Positions 48,786 through 58,284 of a stretch of 64,000 nucleotides of DNA are shown here, piece after piece. The DNA lies in contig DAISRJ010000007.1 of assembly GCA_036828955.1 (NCBI GenBank), positions 1,967-65,966 of the forward strand, in the 5' to 3' direction. Each line of letters starts with the position of its first letter. Within the stretch, counting starts at the first letter, position 1. The notes beneath the pieces were generated by a model. The model was not told where the DNA came from, did no database searches, and worked only from the letters and a program-made list of their open reading frames with translations. This stretch comes from Candidatus Dormiibacterota bacterium (lineage in GTDB: Bacteria > Chloroflexota > Dormibacteria > Aeolococcales > Aeolococcaceae). The position numbers and the translations under genes are program-made.

Positions 48786-49766
48786 TCAGCAGGTGCCGGT
48801 GGCCGCGAGGATGGCGATGATGCCGACCAGGTTGAAGAGGCCGTGGACGACCGCTCCGGGGAGCAGCGAGTCCGAGTACTCGTACAGCAGCGCCAGGATC
48901 ACCCCCACCCCGAAGAGAGGCAGGGCCAGCACGAGCACGAGGTGGGCCGCGGAGAAGACTGCCGCGCTGATGAGCACCGCGGGAAGCACGGGCACGTGCC
49001 GGCGCAGCCACCCATAGATGAAGCCCCGGAAGATCGTCTCCTCGGACAGCGGCGCGACCACGCACACCACCGGGATGGCGATCCCGACATAGCCGCCGTA
49101 CTCCCCGCGAACCGTGGTGCACTGCGTGTTGGGGGAGTTGGGGAGGAGGTCGGTGGCCAGGGACCCGAGCCACTGGGCGACGAGAAGCGCCAGCACCGCG
49201 CCGACCACGCCGATGGCCAGCCACGGCAGCCAGCCGAGGCGCCCGAGCGGGCGCGGCAGGCGCCAGCCGAGATCGCGCGGTCGCAGCCCCCGCCGCCACA
49301 CCAGCAGCACCGCCAGCGCCGCCAGGGCGGCAGCGTACGACGCCGTCTGCCCGGCGAAGGACTCGACGGCGCTGCGCGCGGCTGCCGGCAGCCCCGAGTC
49401 AACGGCCTCGGTGAAGCCGAGCAGGACGGAGCCGGTGAGCAGCACTGCAGCGGATGCGGCGGGGACGAATGCGACCACGTCCGACCAGTCCCACCGTCCC
49501 GCCCTGCTCGGCGCGGTTGTGGTGCCAGGTACCGGCACCGGGTCGTGGTCAGCAGTGGTGCGCAGCCCCACGTAGATGAGCGCCAGGGGCGACAGCGCGG
49601 CGGCGGCGAGGAGGATGCCGCGCTCGACGGGGGAAGCCGACTGACTGGATGCGATGAAGGTCAGGAAGGACAGCGGCGCCGCGGTGAAGAGGCAGTACCT
49701 GGCCAGGTTCGCCCGCGGCGGAAGGGTGGCGACGGGCAGGCCGCGAGGGGCTCTCGGCTGGGGCAC
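48786..49766 (-). CDS. CPBP-family intramembrane glutamic endopeptidase (CAAX protease-like)
   Basis: PLSEETIFRGFIY, FSAAH and HGLFN motifs in a polytopic protein. The GTG at 49766 was chosen so the gene does not overlap divergent holB. The start is uncertain. Confidence 0.7.
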   Translation of the reverse strand: MPQPRAPRGLPVATLPPRANLARYCLFTAAPLSFLTFIASSQSASPVERGILLAAAALSPLALIYVGLRTTADHDPVPVPGTTTAPSRAGRWDWSDVVAFVPAASAAVLLTGSVLLGFTEAVDSGLPAAARSAVESFAGQTASYAAALAALAVLLVWRRGLRPRDLGWRLPRPLGRLGWLPWLAIGVVGAVLALLVAQWLGSLATDLLPNSPNTQCTTVRGEYGGYVGIAIPVVCVVAPLSEETIFRGFIYGWLRRHVPVLPAVLISAAVFSAAHLVLVLALPLFGVGVILALLYEYSDSLLPGAVVHGLFNLVGIIAILAATGTC

Positions 49767-49793
49767 GGATCGCCAATTCTGCACAATCGTCCG

Positions 49794-50903
49794 ATGCCAG
49801 ACGTCACCGCCGTGATCGGCCACCAGGCGATGCTGCAGCGACTGTCGGAAGCCCATCGCGATGGGTCCCTGGCCCACGCGCTGTTGCTCACGGGCCCCAC
49901 CGGGGTGGGCAAGACGACGGCGGCCCTGGCGCTTGCCGCGTCGATCCTCGATGCCGGGAGCTGGCCGGGGGGGCTGCTCGCTCACCCGGACCTCTGGCTC
50001 GAGGACTCGGAGGATGAGCGCGTCGGCATCGATCGCATCCGCGCGGGAGCCAGGGCCGACACCGGCCCGAGCCTCCAGGACGTCATGGGCCTGCGCACCT
50101 ACGCCGGTGGGATGCGCGTTGCCGTTCTGGCCCGCGCCGAGAGGGTCACCGAGCAGGCCGCCGACGCGTTGCTCAAGACGCTGGAGGAGCCCCCGCCGGG
50201 AACGTTGATCGTGCTCTGCGCCGCCAACCCCGACGCCCTCCCCGCCACTGTCCTCTCGCGCGTCCAACACGTCTCGATGGCCACGGTGGCGGCAGCGCTC
50301 ATCGTGCCCTGGCTGACGTCGTCGGGGATCGAGCCACGCCTGGCGCAGCTGTCGGCCGCGCTGGCCGGCGGCCGTCCCGGGAGGGCGCTCCGCCTCGCCT
50401 CCGAACCGGGCGCCCTGGCGGCCGAGGTGGAGGCCCTTCACGCCTTCCTGGCCGTCGCAGGCGGCGGCATGGACGGGGCGCTGCGGGCTGCCTCGGACCT
50501 CACCCCCGGACCGGGCGCCGAGGGTAGGGAGCGGGCCCTTCTCCTACTGGCGGTATGGTCGTCGTTCGTTCGCGATGCCGCGCTGGAGGCCGCCGACGTG
50601 ACCGAGCTTCGTCTCTGGACGGACTACGTCGCACCCCTCGAGCGCTGGGCCGACAGCCTCGGCGCCGCGCGGCTCACCGACATCCTCGGGCTGCTGCTCC
50701 GAGCTTCAGGAGAGATCGCCCAGTACGCGCAGCCGCGGCTCACCTTCGAGACCCTCTTCCTGGACGTCTTCGTGGGCCCCGGGGCGCCGCCCTCAGTTGA
50801 CGCGCCCGTAGCCCCTGCCGGCGTCGCCGACGCCCCCGCCGCCACCGCGGCGAACCCGCGCGTCCCGCGAAAGCAGGCGCGACGTCCCGCCCGGCGTTCC
50901 TGA
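49794..50903 (+). CDS. holB: DNA polymerase III subunit delta'
   Basis: VIGHQAMLQRLSEAHRDGSLAHALLLTGPTGVGKTTAALALA and a later LKTLEEPP. The ATG lies inside a 686-aa composite ORF. Confidence 0.8.
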   Translation: MPDVTAVIGHQAMLQRLSEAHRDGSLAHALLLTGPTGVGKTTAALALAASILDAGSWPGGLLAHPDLWLEDSEDERVGIDRIRAGARADTGPSLQDVMGLRTYAGGMRVAVLARAERVTEQAADALLKTLEEPPPGTLIVLCAANPDALPATVLSRVQHVSMATVAAALIVPWLTSSGIEPRLAQLSAALAGGRPGRALRLASEPGALAAEVEALHAFLAVAGGGMDGALRAASDLTPGPGAEGRERALLLLAVWSSFVRDAALEAADVTELRLWTDYVAPLERWADSLGAARLTDILGLLLRASGEIAQYAQPRLTFETLFLDVFVGPGAPPSVDAPVAPAGVADAPAATAANPRVPRKQARRPARRS

Positions 50904-50922
50904 GCTCGCCTCGGCCTGGTAG

Positions 50923-51153
50923 TCAGGAGGGAAGGCGGCGGCCGGCGAGCAGGGCGAGACCGGCGACCGCGAGGCCCGCGAGGACACCCGCCGGCACCAG
51001 CCAGGGTCGCTCCTGGATCAGCTCGGCGAGCGAGCTCTGGCCACCGGCGGCGGCGAGCGGCATCTCGATCGGGCGGACCGTCATCAGCCGGACGGTGCCG
51101 GGCACGGCTTCCTCTTGGCGGCTCCCGGCGCCCTCACCTGCGCTCTCGCTCAC
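50923..51153 (-). CDS. possible 76-aa tail-anchored small protein
   Basis: The GTG at 51153 is preceded by GGAGGT with a 6-nt spacing. An acidic N-terminal part is followed by a C-terminal helix WLVPAGVLAGLAVAGLALLAG and then RRLPS. The rest of the 611-aa ORF is antisense shadow of the GH1 gene. Confidence 0.35.
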   Translation of the reverse strand: MSESAGEGAGSRQEEAVPGTVRLMTVRPIEMPLAAAGGQSSLAELIQERPWLVPAGVLAGLAVAGLALLAGRRLPS

Positions 51154-51198
51154 GGCTGTACCTCCGAACCCCGGCACTGCTGACGACATACTGCGCGC

Positions 51199-52479
51199 GT
51201 GAGCCGCCGGCTGCCCGATGACTTCCTGATCGGCTGCGCCTCCGCAGCCCACCAGGTGGAGGGTGGCCTCCACAACGACTGGTCGCGGATGGAACGCGAG
51301 CATCCAGAGCGGATCAGGGACGGGAGCGTCTCGGGGATCGCGTGCGACCACTACGCGCGTTACCGCGATGACCTCCGCCTGCTCGCGGAGATGCACAACA
51401 CCGCGCATCGCTTCTCGATCGAGTGGTCCCGCGTCGAGCCTCGGGAGGGGGTCGTCGACCGCGCCGCCCTGCTCCACTACCGCGACGTTGTGCGCAGTTG
51501 CCGCGCGCTGGGCATGGAACCCGTGGTCACGCTTCACCATTTCACGTTGCCGACGTGGCTCGCGGACCAGGGGGGTGTGCTGAGCCCCGATGCGCCGCGC
51601 CTCTTCGCCCGGTTTGCGGCCCTGTGCGCCGAGACCGTCGGCCACGACGTGCGCTGGTGGATCACCGTCAACGAGCCCGCGGTGCTCGCGGTGTTCGGCT
51701 ACCTCTACGCGGAGTGGCCGCCGCTCCAGCCGTCGGTGCGCTCGTTCCTCGGCGCGCTCGCGGGGCTGGCCAGGATGCACGCCGCGGCGTACCGGGCGGT
51801 CCACGCGGTGGCGGCCGCCCACGGATGGACGGCGCTGGTGTCGGTGGCCCACCACGAGCGTCCCATGCGCCCCCTTGACCCGGCATCCCCGGTCCAGCGC
51901 GCGGCCGCCATCCTGCCCAACGCGATCTTCAACCGCTGGTTCCTGCGCGCCTGCGCGAGTGGCCGTCTCTCTCCGCCGGTCGGCCGCGGCCAGGCGGTCC
52001 GCGGGCTGCGCGGCTCCCTCGATTACCTGGCAGTCAACTACTACTGCGAAGAGCGCGTGCGCTTCAACCGCCGCAAGCCTCGCGACCTGTTCGCCGAGCG
52101 CGTCGTGCCCGACGGCATCCCACTGTCGGCGTTCGGCTGGACCATCGATGCCGCGGGCCTGCGCCGAGCCATCACCGCGCTCTGGGACGAATTCCAGCTC
52201 CCCATCCTCGTCAGCGAGAACGGTGTCGCCGACGAGAGCGACGAGCTCCGCGCCGGCTTCATCGTCGACCACCTGGCGGCAATTCTCGACGCCGCCGAGA
52301 CGGGCGTCGACGTGCTCGGCTACCTGTACTGGACGGCAATGGACAATTTCGAGTGGGCGGAGGGGTATTCGAAGTGCTTCGGCCTGCTCCGCGTCGACCG
52401 CCAGACCATGGAGCGGTTGCCCAAGCCGAGCGCCGCGGTATTCGCCGAGATCTGCCGCACGCGCACCATCCCGGGGTAA
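51199..52479 (+). CDS. GH1-family beta-glucosidase
   Basis: DFLIGCASAAHQVEG, TVNEPAV (acid/base) and LVSENGVAD (nucleophile). GTG start. Confidence 0.9.
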   Translation: MSRRLPDDFLIGCASAAHQVEGGLHNDWSRMEREHPERIRDGSVSGIACDHYARYRDDLRLLAEMHNTAHRFSIEWSRVEPREGVVDRAALLHYRDVVRSCRALGMEPVVTLHHFTLPTWLADQGGVLSPDAPRLFARFAALCAETVGHDVRWWITVNEPAVLAVFGYLYAEWPPLQPSVRSFLGALAGLARMHAAAYRAVHAVAAAHGWTALVSVAHHERPMRPLDPASPVQRAAAILPNAIFNRWFLRACASGRLSPPVGRGQAVRGLRGSLDYLAVNYYCEERVRFNRRKPRDLFAERVVPDGIPLSAFGWTIDAAGLRRAITALWDEFQLPILVSENGVADESDELRAGFIVDHLAAILDAAETGVDVLGYLYWTAMDNFEWAEGYSKCFGLLRVDRQTMERLPKPSAAVFAEICRTRTIPG

Positions 52480-52671
52480 GCGCGGCCATCGCTGCCGGGC
52501 AGGTCCCAGGGCGCGGGGGCGCTCGCATCTGCCGTTGGTGGGATTGCGCCGATTCCTGAGGCGTCGTGCACAAGCCGGCGGGGGGTACGGGGTGCAAAGC
52601 GAAAGACTGACCCTGTACCATGCCGGCCTGAGGCGTATGGCTTGTGCGTCCCGCCCTAGGAGTGACCTGCG

Positions 52672-54018
52672 ATGACCGCTCGATTGGCACCCGTGGACGC
52701 AGCCGGAGATCCCGACATCATCTCGCGCGTGGCCGCCGCGGGCGTGCGCCAGGTCCACCTTCAGTTCAGCGACGTGCTCGGAACCGTCAAGACGGTCACC
52801 ATTCCGGCCAGCGGGCTCGAGGCCGCCCTCGACCGCGGCGTCTGGTTCGACGGCAGTTCAGTCGAGGGCTTCACGCGCACCGCCGAGAGCGACATGTACC
52901 TGGTGCCCGACCCGTCCACGTTCCAGGTGCTGCCCTGGACCGCGGAGCCGACCGCTCGCCTGATCTGCTGGGCACGGACGCCTGAGGGCGAGCCGTACTC
53001 CGGCGATCCGCGCGGCGCACTGCAGCGAGCCGTCGACCACGCCGACGCCCTCGGCTATCGATACTGGGTGGGACCGGAGATCGAGTTCTTCCTCCTCCAG
53101 CTGGATTCGCAGGGCGTCCCCCGGGCCCGCACCGACGACGGGGTGGGCTACTTCGACGTCACCGGTGGCGGTGCCACCGATCTGCGCCAGGCGATGCTCG
53201 CTGCGGCCGGGGCGGTGGGCGTGGAGATCAACAGCGCCCATCACGAGGTGGCCCCCGGGCAGCACGAGGTGGATCTCGGGGCCTGCGATGCACTCGCCTC
53301 GGCCGACGCCATCGTGACCTTCCGGCTCGCCCTGCAGGCCGTCGCCCAGGGCGCCGGCGTCATCGCCAGCTTCATGCCCAAGCCCTTCAACGACCAGCCG
53401 GGCAGCGGCATGCACGTGCACCAGAGCCTGCTCCGCGTCGGCGCCGGCAATGCCTTCGCCGGCGCTGACGACTACGGCCTCAGCGACGTCGCCAAGCACT
53501 TCATCGCCGGCCAGTTGCACCACGCCGAGGGGATGTGCCTGGTTCTCGCGCCGCTGGTCAATTCCTACAAGAGGCTGGTGCGCGGCCTCGAAGCGCCGAT
53601 CTTCCTCTCGTGGGCTCGCACCAACCGGGGCGCGTTGATCCGCGTTCCCCACGTCTCGCGGCCCGAAGCGGTGCGCGTGGAGCTGCGCAGCCCCGACCCG
53701 TCGTGCAACCCCTACCTGGCGTTCGCCGTGATGCTGCGCTGCGGTCTCGACGGCGTGGAGCGCCGCCTCCCCCTGCCCCCGCCGGTCGAGGAGGCGTTGC
53801 TCGGCTTCGACGAGGTCGAGCTCGAGCGACGCAACGTGGGGCTGCTGCCCGACAACCTCAAGGACGCGGTGGACGCCTGCGAGGCCGACGACGTCGTTCG
53901 CGACGCGCTCGGCGACAACCTCACGGATCGATTCCTCGAGGCCAAGCGAGCGGAGTGGCGTGAGTACCGCGGCCAGGTCACGGGCTGGGAGCTGGAGCGC
54001 TACCTGGAGCGGGCGTGA
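52672..54018 (+). CDS. glutamine synthetase family protein (GSI-alpha / GlnA2-like; may be a gamma-glutamyl-amine ligase)
   Basis: 448 aa with FSDVLGTVKTVTIP, FDGSSVEGF, MPKPFNDQPGSGMHVHQSL and NSYKRLV motifs. It has no adenylylation-loop Tyr context like the second GS. Confidence 0.9.
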   Translation: MTARLAPVDAAGDPDIISRVAAAGVRQVHLQFSDVLGTVKTVTIPASGLEAALDRGVWFDGSSVEGFTRTAESDMYLVPDPSTFQVLPWTAEPTARLICWARTPEGEPYSGDPRGALQRAVDHADALGYRYWVGPEIEFFLLQLDSQGVPRARTDDGVGYFDVTGGGATDLRQAMLAAAGAVGVEINSAHHEVAPGQHEVDLGACDALASADAIVTFRLALQAVAQGAGVIASFMPKPFNDQPGSGMHVHQSLLRVGAGNAFAGADDYGLSDVAKHFIAGQLHHAEGMCLVLAPLVNSYKRLVRGLEAPIFLSWARTNRGALIRVPHVSRPEAVRVELRSPDPSCNPYLAFAVMLRCGLDGVERRLPLPPPVEEALLGFDEVELERRNVGLLPDNLKDAVDACEADDVVRDALGDNLTDRFLEAKRAEWREYRGQVTGWELERYLERA

Positions 54019-54055
54019 GCGCGCGACGGTTGGAACCGCGGCCGGGACCTGACTG

Positions 54056-55699
54056 ATGGAGACCGCGGTGATCACGGTGCGCGATGTGTGGCGGGGCGCC
54101 CTCCCCGACGGGACCGAGCTGCTCGGCGGTGGCGCCGGGCTGGACAGGCGCGTCGAGTGGGCGACCACGCTGCGCAACCGCCCGCCCGCCTTTGAGGCCA
54201 TCAAGGGCGGTGAGATGGCGCTCGTGCCGGTGGCGTCGATCAGGCTCCTCGACGAACGCCTCGACCTCGCCGATGTGATGAACACGCTCGCCGAGAAGGG
54301 CGGCGTCGCCGTGGCCGTCGTGGGTGACGCGTCGCCCGGCAGCCTCGGTGTGGCCGAGCGCCGGCTGATGCCCCTCCTCAAGTTGCCCGAGGGTGCCCAC
54401 GTCAACGAGACACAGCAGTCGGTGGTGCGCTTCATCGTCGAGCAGCGCACCGTGCTGCATGACCGTGCCCAGCTCCTCCAGACCGAGCTCATGCAGCTTG
54501 CCCTGGGCGGGGCGGGCGCCGACGCCATCATCGCCAGGCTCCGAGAGCTCACCGGTCGGACGGTGGCGTGGCACGACGGCGCCGGCAAGCTGCGCAGCAG
54601 GTCCGGCGATCTCCCCGCCACGGTCCGCGATGCACTCGGCAACGGCGAGGAACTGCTGCGCTGGGTGGCCGGGCAGACCGTCTCCGCCGCCGATCCTCCC
54701 GTGAATGAGTTCGGACTGCCGCGCGGTCTCAGCCGGCTTGTGGCTCCCATCCCCGGCCGCGACGGTGTGCACGGGTTTGTGTCACTGATCGGCGAGGAAC
54801 ACCAGCTGGGCCAGCTCGACCGGGTGGCCGTGTCCCGCGGGGCATCCGCATGCGCCATCGAACTCGACCGCGAGCGCGCGGTGCTTCGTGCGCGAGACGA
54901 TGTCGAGGGGGAGTTGGTCGCCGCCCTGCTCGACGGGTCGTACGGGTCGGACGTCGGCGCCTCGGAGCGCGCTCGCCGGCTGGGATTCGACCTCGCCGAC
55001 CGCTTCAGCGTTCTTGTCGTGCGTGGCCGCAACGCCGGCAGCGCCGCACTTGACACGCTGACTGTGAGCGCGCGCCGGTGCCTGGCGCGCAGCGCGCCAG
55101 GCTCTCTGCTGGCGGTGCGCGACGGGGCGGTCTGCGCCGTTGTGGCCGACGCCAATGCGGACGCGGCCGACCACGGCCGTCTCGTCGCCGAGGGGCTGCG
55201 CGCTGACTGCGCAGCGGCACTGCGCGACGAGGTCATCGTCGGGGTGGGTCGGTCGCGCACCGGCCCGCAGGGGGTCAGGCAGTCGCACCGCGAGGCCGAG
55301 CACGCGCTGCGCATCAGCGCGCGACTCAAGGCCCCGCGTGCTGTCGCGACGTTCTCGGACCTCGGTCTGCACCGCCTCCTCGTGGTCATGACCCAGCATG
55401 CCGAGACCGAGGACTTCTATCAGCAGACGGCCGGTGCGCTCGTCGCCTACGACGACCGCACCGGCTCGGGCCTGATGGAGACCCTCGACGTCTTCTTCGC
55501 CTGTCACGGTTCACCCACCGATACCGCGCAGCGCCTTCACCTGCATCGCAACACGGTGCTGTATCGCCTGCGGCGGATCGAGGAGATCGGAGGGCTGCGG
55601 CTCGAAGACCCAGCGACGCGGCTCAACCTGCAGCTCTGCCTGCGCATCCGCGAGGTTCTGCCCGCCACGCCGGGCAGGTCGGCGGCGGGAAGTCGCTGA
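54056..55699 (+). CDS. PucR-family transcriptional regulator
   Basis: C-terminal HTH TAQRLHLHRNTVLYRLRRIEEIGGL, and an N-terminal purine-catabolism-regulator-like domain. Confidence 0.85.
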   Translation: METAVITVRDVWRGALPDGTELLGGGAGLDRRVEWATTLRNRPPAFEAIKGGEMALVPVASIRLLDERLDLADVMNTLAEKGGVAVAVVGDASPGSLGVAERRLMPLLKLPEGAHVNETQQSVVRFIVEQRTVLHDRAQLLQTELMQLALGGAGADAIIARLRELTGRTVAWHDGAGKLRSRSGDLPATVRDALGNGEELLRWVAGQTVSAADPPVNEFGLPRGLSRLVAPIPGRDGVHGFVSLIGEEHQLGQLDRVAVSRGASACAIELDRERAVLRARDDVEGELVAALLDGSYGSDVGASERARRLGFDLADRFSVLVVRGRNAGSAALDTLTVSARRCLARSAPGSLLAVRDGAVCAVVADANADAADHGRLVAEGLRADCAAALRDEVIVGVGRSRTGPQGVRQSHREAEHALRISARLKAPRAVATFSDLGLHRLLVVMTQHAETEDFYQQTAGALVAYDDRTGSGLMETLDVFFACHGSPTDTAQRLHLHRNTVLYRLRRIEEIGGLRLEDPATRLNLQLCLRIREVLPATPGRSAAGSR

Positions 55700-55729
55700 G
55701 GGCGGGGCACGACGGCTGGGGCGGTCCGT

Positions 55730-55746
55730 TTGTGCGAAGCGCACAA
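55730..55746. promoter_or_regulatory. 17-bp palindrome TTGTGCG-AAG-CGCACAA upstream of amt
   Basis: Perfect 7-3-7 inverted repeat about 100 nt upstream of the amt start. A near-identical element lies upstream of glnA (58077-58093). Confidence 0.4.
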
Positions 55747-55841
55747 GACGGCGGTGCCAAAGTTGTGGCGGCGCGCGTATCGAAGCGGCCCCCCGTCCCC
55801 TCCTAGGCTTCGTGCACGAGCCCGCACTCAGGAGAACGCCG

Positions 55842-57338
55842 TTGCACCGTCGAAGCCGAACCCGAATTGCGATTGCCGGTGCCACCGCGCTCGCGACGCT
55901 GCCGTTGACCGCTCACGCTGCCGACAGCACCGCGACCCAGGCGGCCGGCGTCGCCGCCGACACGGTGTGGGTGGTGGTCGCGGCGCTGCTCGTCCTGTTC
56001 ATGCAGGCCGGCTTCGCCATGCTCGAAGTCGGCTTCACGCGCATGAAGAACGTCGGCACGGTGGTCGCCAAGGTCATCGTCAACCTCAGCATCAGCTCGG
56101 TCATGTACTGGCTGGTCGGCTTTGCCTTCGCGTTCGGCGCCGCCAGCGGGTTCGTCAACAGCATCATCGGCGTCACCGGTTTCGCGCCGTCGTTCCACCC
56201 GGGCTCGACGATGAACTTGCCGTCGCTCGCTGCCTCGACAGCGCCGGCCGCGGCCAAGTTCTTCTTCGAGTTCGTCTTCTGCGCGGTGTCGCTGGCGATC
56301 GTCTGGGGAACCATGCTCGAACGCACCAGGTTCATCGTCTACATCCTCTTCGCCGTGCCATTCGCCGGCTTCATCTACCCCATGATCAGTCACTGGCTAT
56401 TCGGCGGCGGCTGGCTGATGAGCAGTCTCGGTGCCCAGGACTTCGCCGGATCGACCGTCGTTCACCTCACCGGCGCCACCGCCGGATTCGCCGGTCTGCT
56501 CCTGCTCGGCCCGCGCATCGGCAAGTACTCGCGCGACGGCAAGCCGAACGCCATCCCAGGGCACAACATGCCGCTCGCGCAACTGGGGGTGATCATCCTC
56601 TGGTTCGGATGGTTCGGCTTCAACCCGGGCTCGACGCTCAACGCGACCAACCTGCACTTCGCTGACGTCGTCGTCACCACCAACCTCGCTGCGGCCGCGG
56701 GCGCGTTGGCGGCGATGGCCACCATATACCGGCTGCAGAAGTCGCTCGACGTCGGCATGATCGGCAACGGCGCCATCGCCGCCCTGGTAGCGATCACGGC
56801 CCCGAGCGGCTACGTGCAGCCATGGGCGGCGATCATCATCGGGGCTGTGGCGGGTGTCATCGTGGTGTTCGGCGTCATCGCCATCGACAAGTGGATCGAC
56901 GATCCCGTCGGTGCGCTCAGCGCACACGGGTTGGCCGGAATCTGGGGCACGTTGTCGTGCGGCCTGTTCACCGACCCTCAGCTGGCGACCTTCAACGGAG
57001 TGGGCCAGGGCGGCCTCTTCTACACCGGCAGCTTCAAGCAGCTCGGTGCTCAGGCAGCCGCGGTGAGCGCCAGCTTCATCACCGTCTTCGCGCTCAGCTA
57101 CGGCCTCTTCTGGGCGATCAAGAAGACGGTCGGGCTGCGCGTCAGCCAGCGTCACGAGATCGACGGCCTCGACATCAGCGAGCACGGCATGTGGGGCTAC
57201 CCGGAGCAGTTCATGCCGGTCCCCGGCGGGGCGTACATTCATCCCGACGCGGTCGCCGAACCCGCGCGTAAGCTGGTCGGATCGACGGCGCCCGCGGACG
57301 AACAGAAGGGGCCGGTTACGGAGGCAGGTACGTCGTGA
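55842..57338 (+). CDS. amt: ammonium transporter
   Basis: VLFMQAGFAMLEVGFTR, DFAGSTVVHLTGA and GIWGTLSCGLF motifs. The TTG at 55842 lies 6 nt after AGGAGA and gives a signal-peptide-like N-terminus. The ORF-track GTG at 55812 is the alternative. Confidence 0.9.
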   Translation: MHRRSRTRIAIAGATALATLPLTAHAADSTATQAAGVAADTVWVVVAALLVLFMQAGFAMLEVGFTRMKNVGTVVAKVIVNLSISSVMYWLVGFAFAFGAASGFVNSIIGVTGFAPSFHPGSTMNLPSLAASTAPAAAKFFFEFVFCAVSLAIVWGTMLERTRFIVYILFAVPFAGFIYPMISHWLFGGGWLMSSLGAQDFAGSTVVHLTGATAGFAGLLLLGPRIGKYSRDGKPNAIPGHNMPLAQLGVIILWFGWFGFNPGSTLNATNLHFADVVVTTNLAAAAGALAAMATIYRLQKSLDVGMIGNGAIAALVAITAPSGYVQPWAAIIIGAVAGVIVVFGVIAIDKWIDDPVGALSAHGLAGIWGTLSCGLFTDPQLATFNGVGQGGLFYTGSFKQLGAQAAAVSASFITVFALSYGLFWAIKKTVGLRVSQRHEIDGLDISEHGMWGYPEQFMPVPGGAYIHPDAVAEPARKLVGSTAPADEQKGPVTEAGTS

Positions 57339-57703
57339 AGAAGGTCGAGGCAATCATCCGCCCCGAGAAGCTGCAGGCGGTTCAGGACGCCATGGACGGG
57401 CTCGGTGCCTCTGGGCTCACGGTCACGGAGGTGCTTGGCTGCGGCGCGCAGCGCGGCTACACGGAGACGTACCGCGGGGCACGAGCCAACATCTCTCTGC
57501 AGCGCAAGGTGAAGGTGGAAGCCGTGGTGGGGGACTCGCTGGTCGACGCCGTCGTCAACGCCATCACCGGTGCGGCCCGCACCGGGGAGGTTGGTGACGG
57601 CAAGATCTTCGTTCTTCCCGTCGACGATGCCGTCCGCGTCCGTACCGGCGAGCGCGGTGACGCCATCGTGCGCCACCTTGAACCCGAGCGCTGGGGTCAC
57701 TGA
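57335..57703 (+). CDS. glnK: P-II nitrogen regulatory protein
   Basis: MKKVEAIIRPEKLQAVQDAM...T-loop GYTETYRGA...GDGKIFVLPVDDAVRVRTGE. The GTG overlaps the amt stop. Confidence 0.9.
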   Translation: MKKVEAIIRPEKLQAVQDAMDGLGASGLTVTEVLGCGAQRGYTETYRGARANISLQRKVKVEAVVGDSLVDAVVNAITGAARTGEVGDGKIFVLPVDDAVRVRTGERGDAIVRHLEPERWGH

Positions 57704-57749
57704 CCGGCGCGGCCGAGCCCTCGACCCAACGGGCTAGACTCTGGCCGCC

Positions 57750-58037
<288 letters not shown>

Positions 58038-58076
58038 GCAGCGCGACGGATCGTCCACACCGCACCGGCGGTTACC

Positions 58077-58093
58077 TTGTGCGCCGCGCACAG
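58077..58093. promoter_or_regulatory. 17-bp palindrome TTGTGCG-CCG-CGCACAG upstream of glnA
   Basis: 13 of 14 half-site positions are symmetric. Same half-site as the element upstream of amt. Confidence 0.4.
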
Positions 58094-58284
58094 GAGTCGC
58101 ACCCCGCTTCTCAGGTGTGGCGTCCATAGTGACCGCCCTGTCACGAGGCTAGCCTGAAGGCCGACAATCCGGCCACGCCAGCGATCCACCGTCCCGCGCG
58201 GCCGGCAACCCACCACGGAGGATGGATCGCATGGCAATCGACCAGTCGGTAGCCGCCCCGTACACAGCAGAGGTGCAGCCCACG

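Noticed and set aside
52480-52671. Looked for a glutamine riboswitch or GlnR box (GTnAC-N6-GaAAC) upstream of the GS-like gene
   Set aside because: No convincing match by eye; the GTAC and GAAAG elements present have the wrong spacing. Only degenerate copies of the TTGTGCG palindrome were seen.
52858-55389. 843-aa minus-strand ORF
   Set aside because: It lies antisense to the GS-like and PucR genes, both with clear family motifs. Its composition (Ser/Arg/Ala/Pro-rich) is typical of shadow frames in GC-rich DNA.
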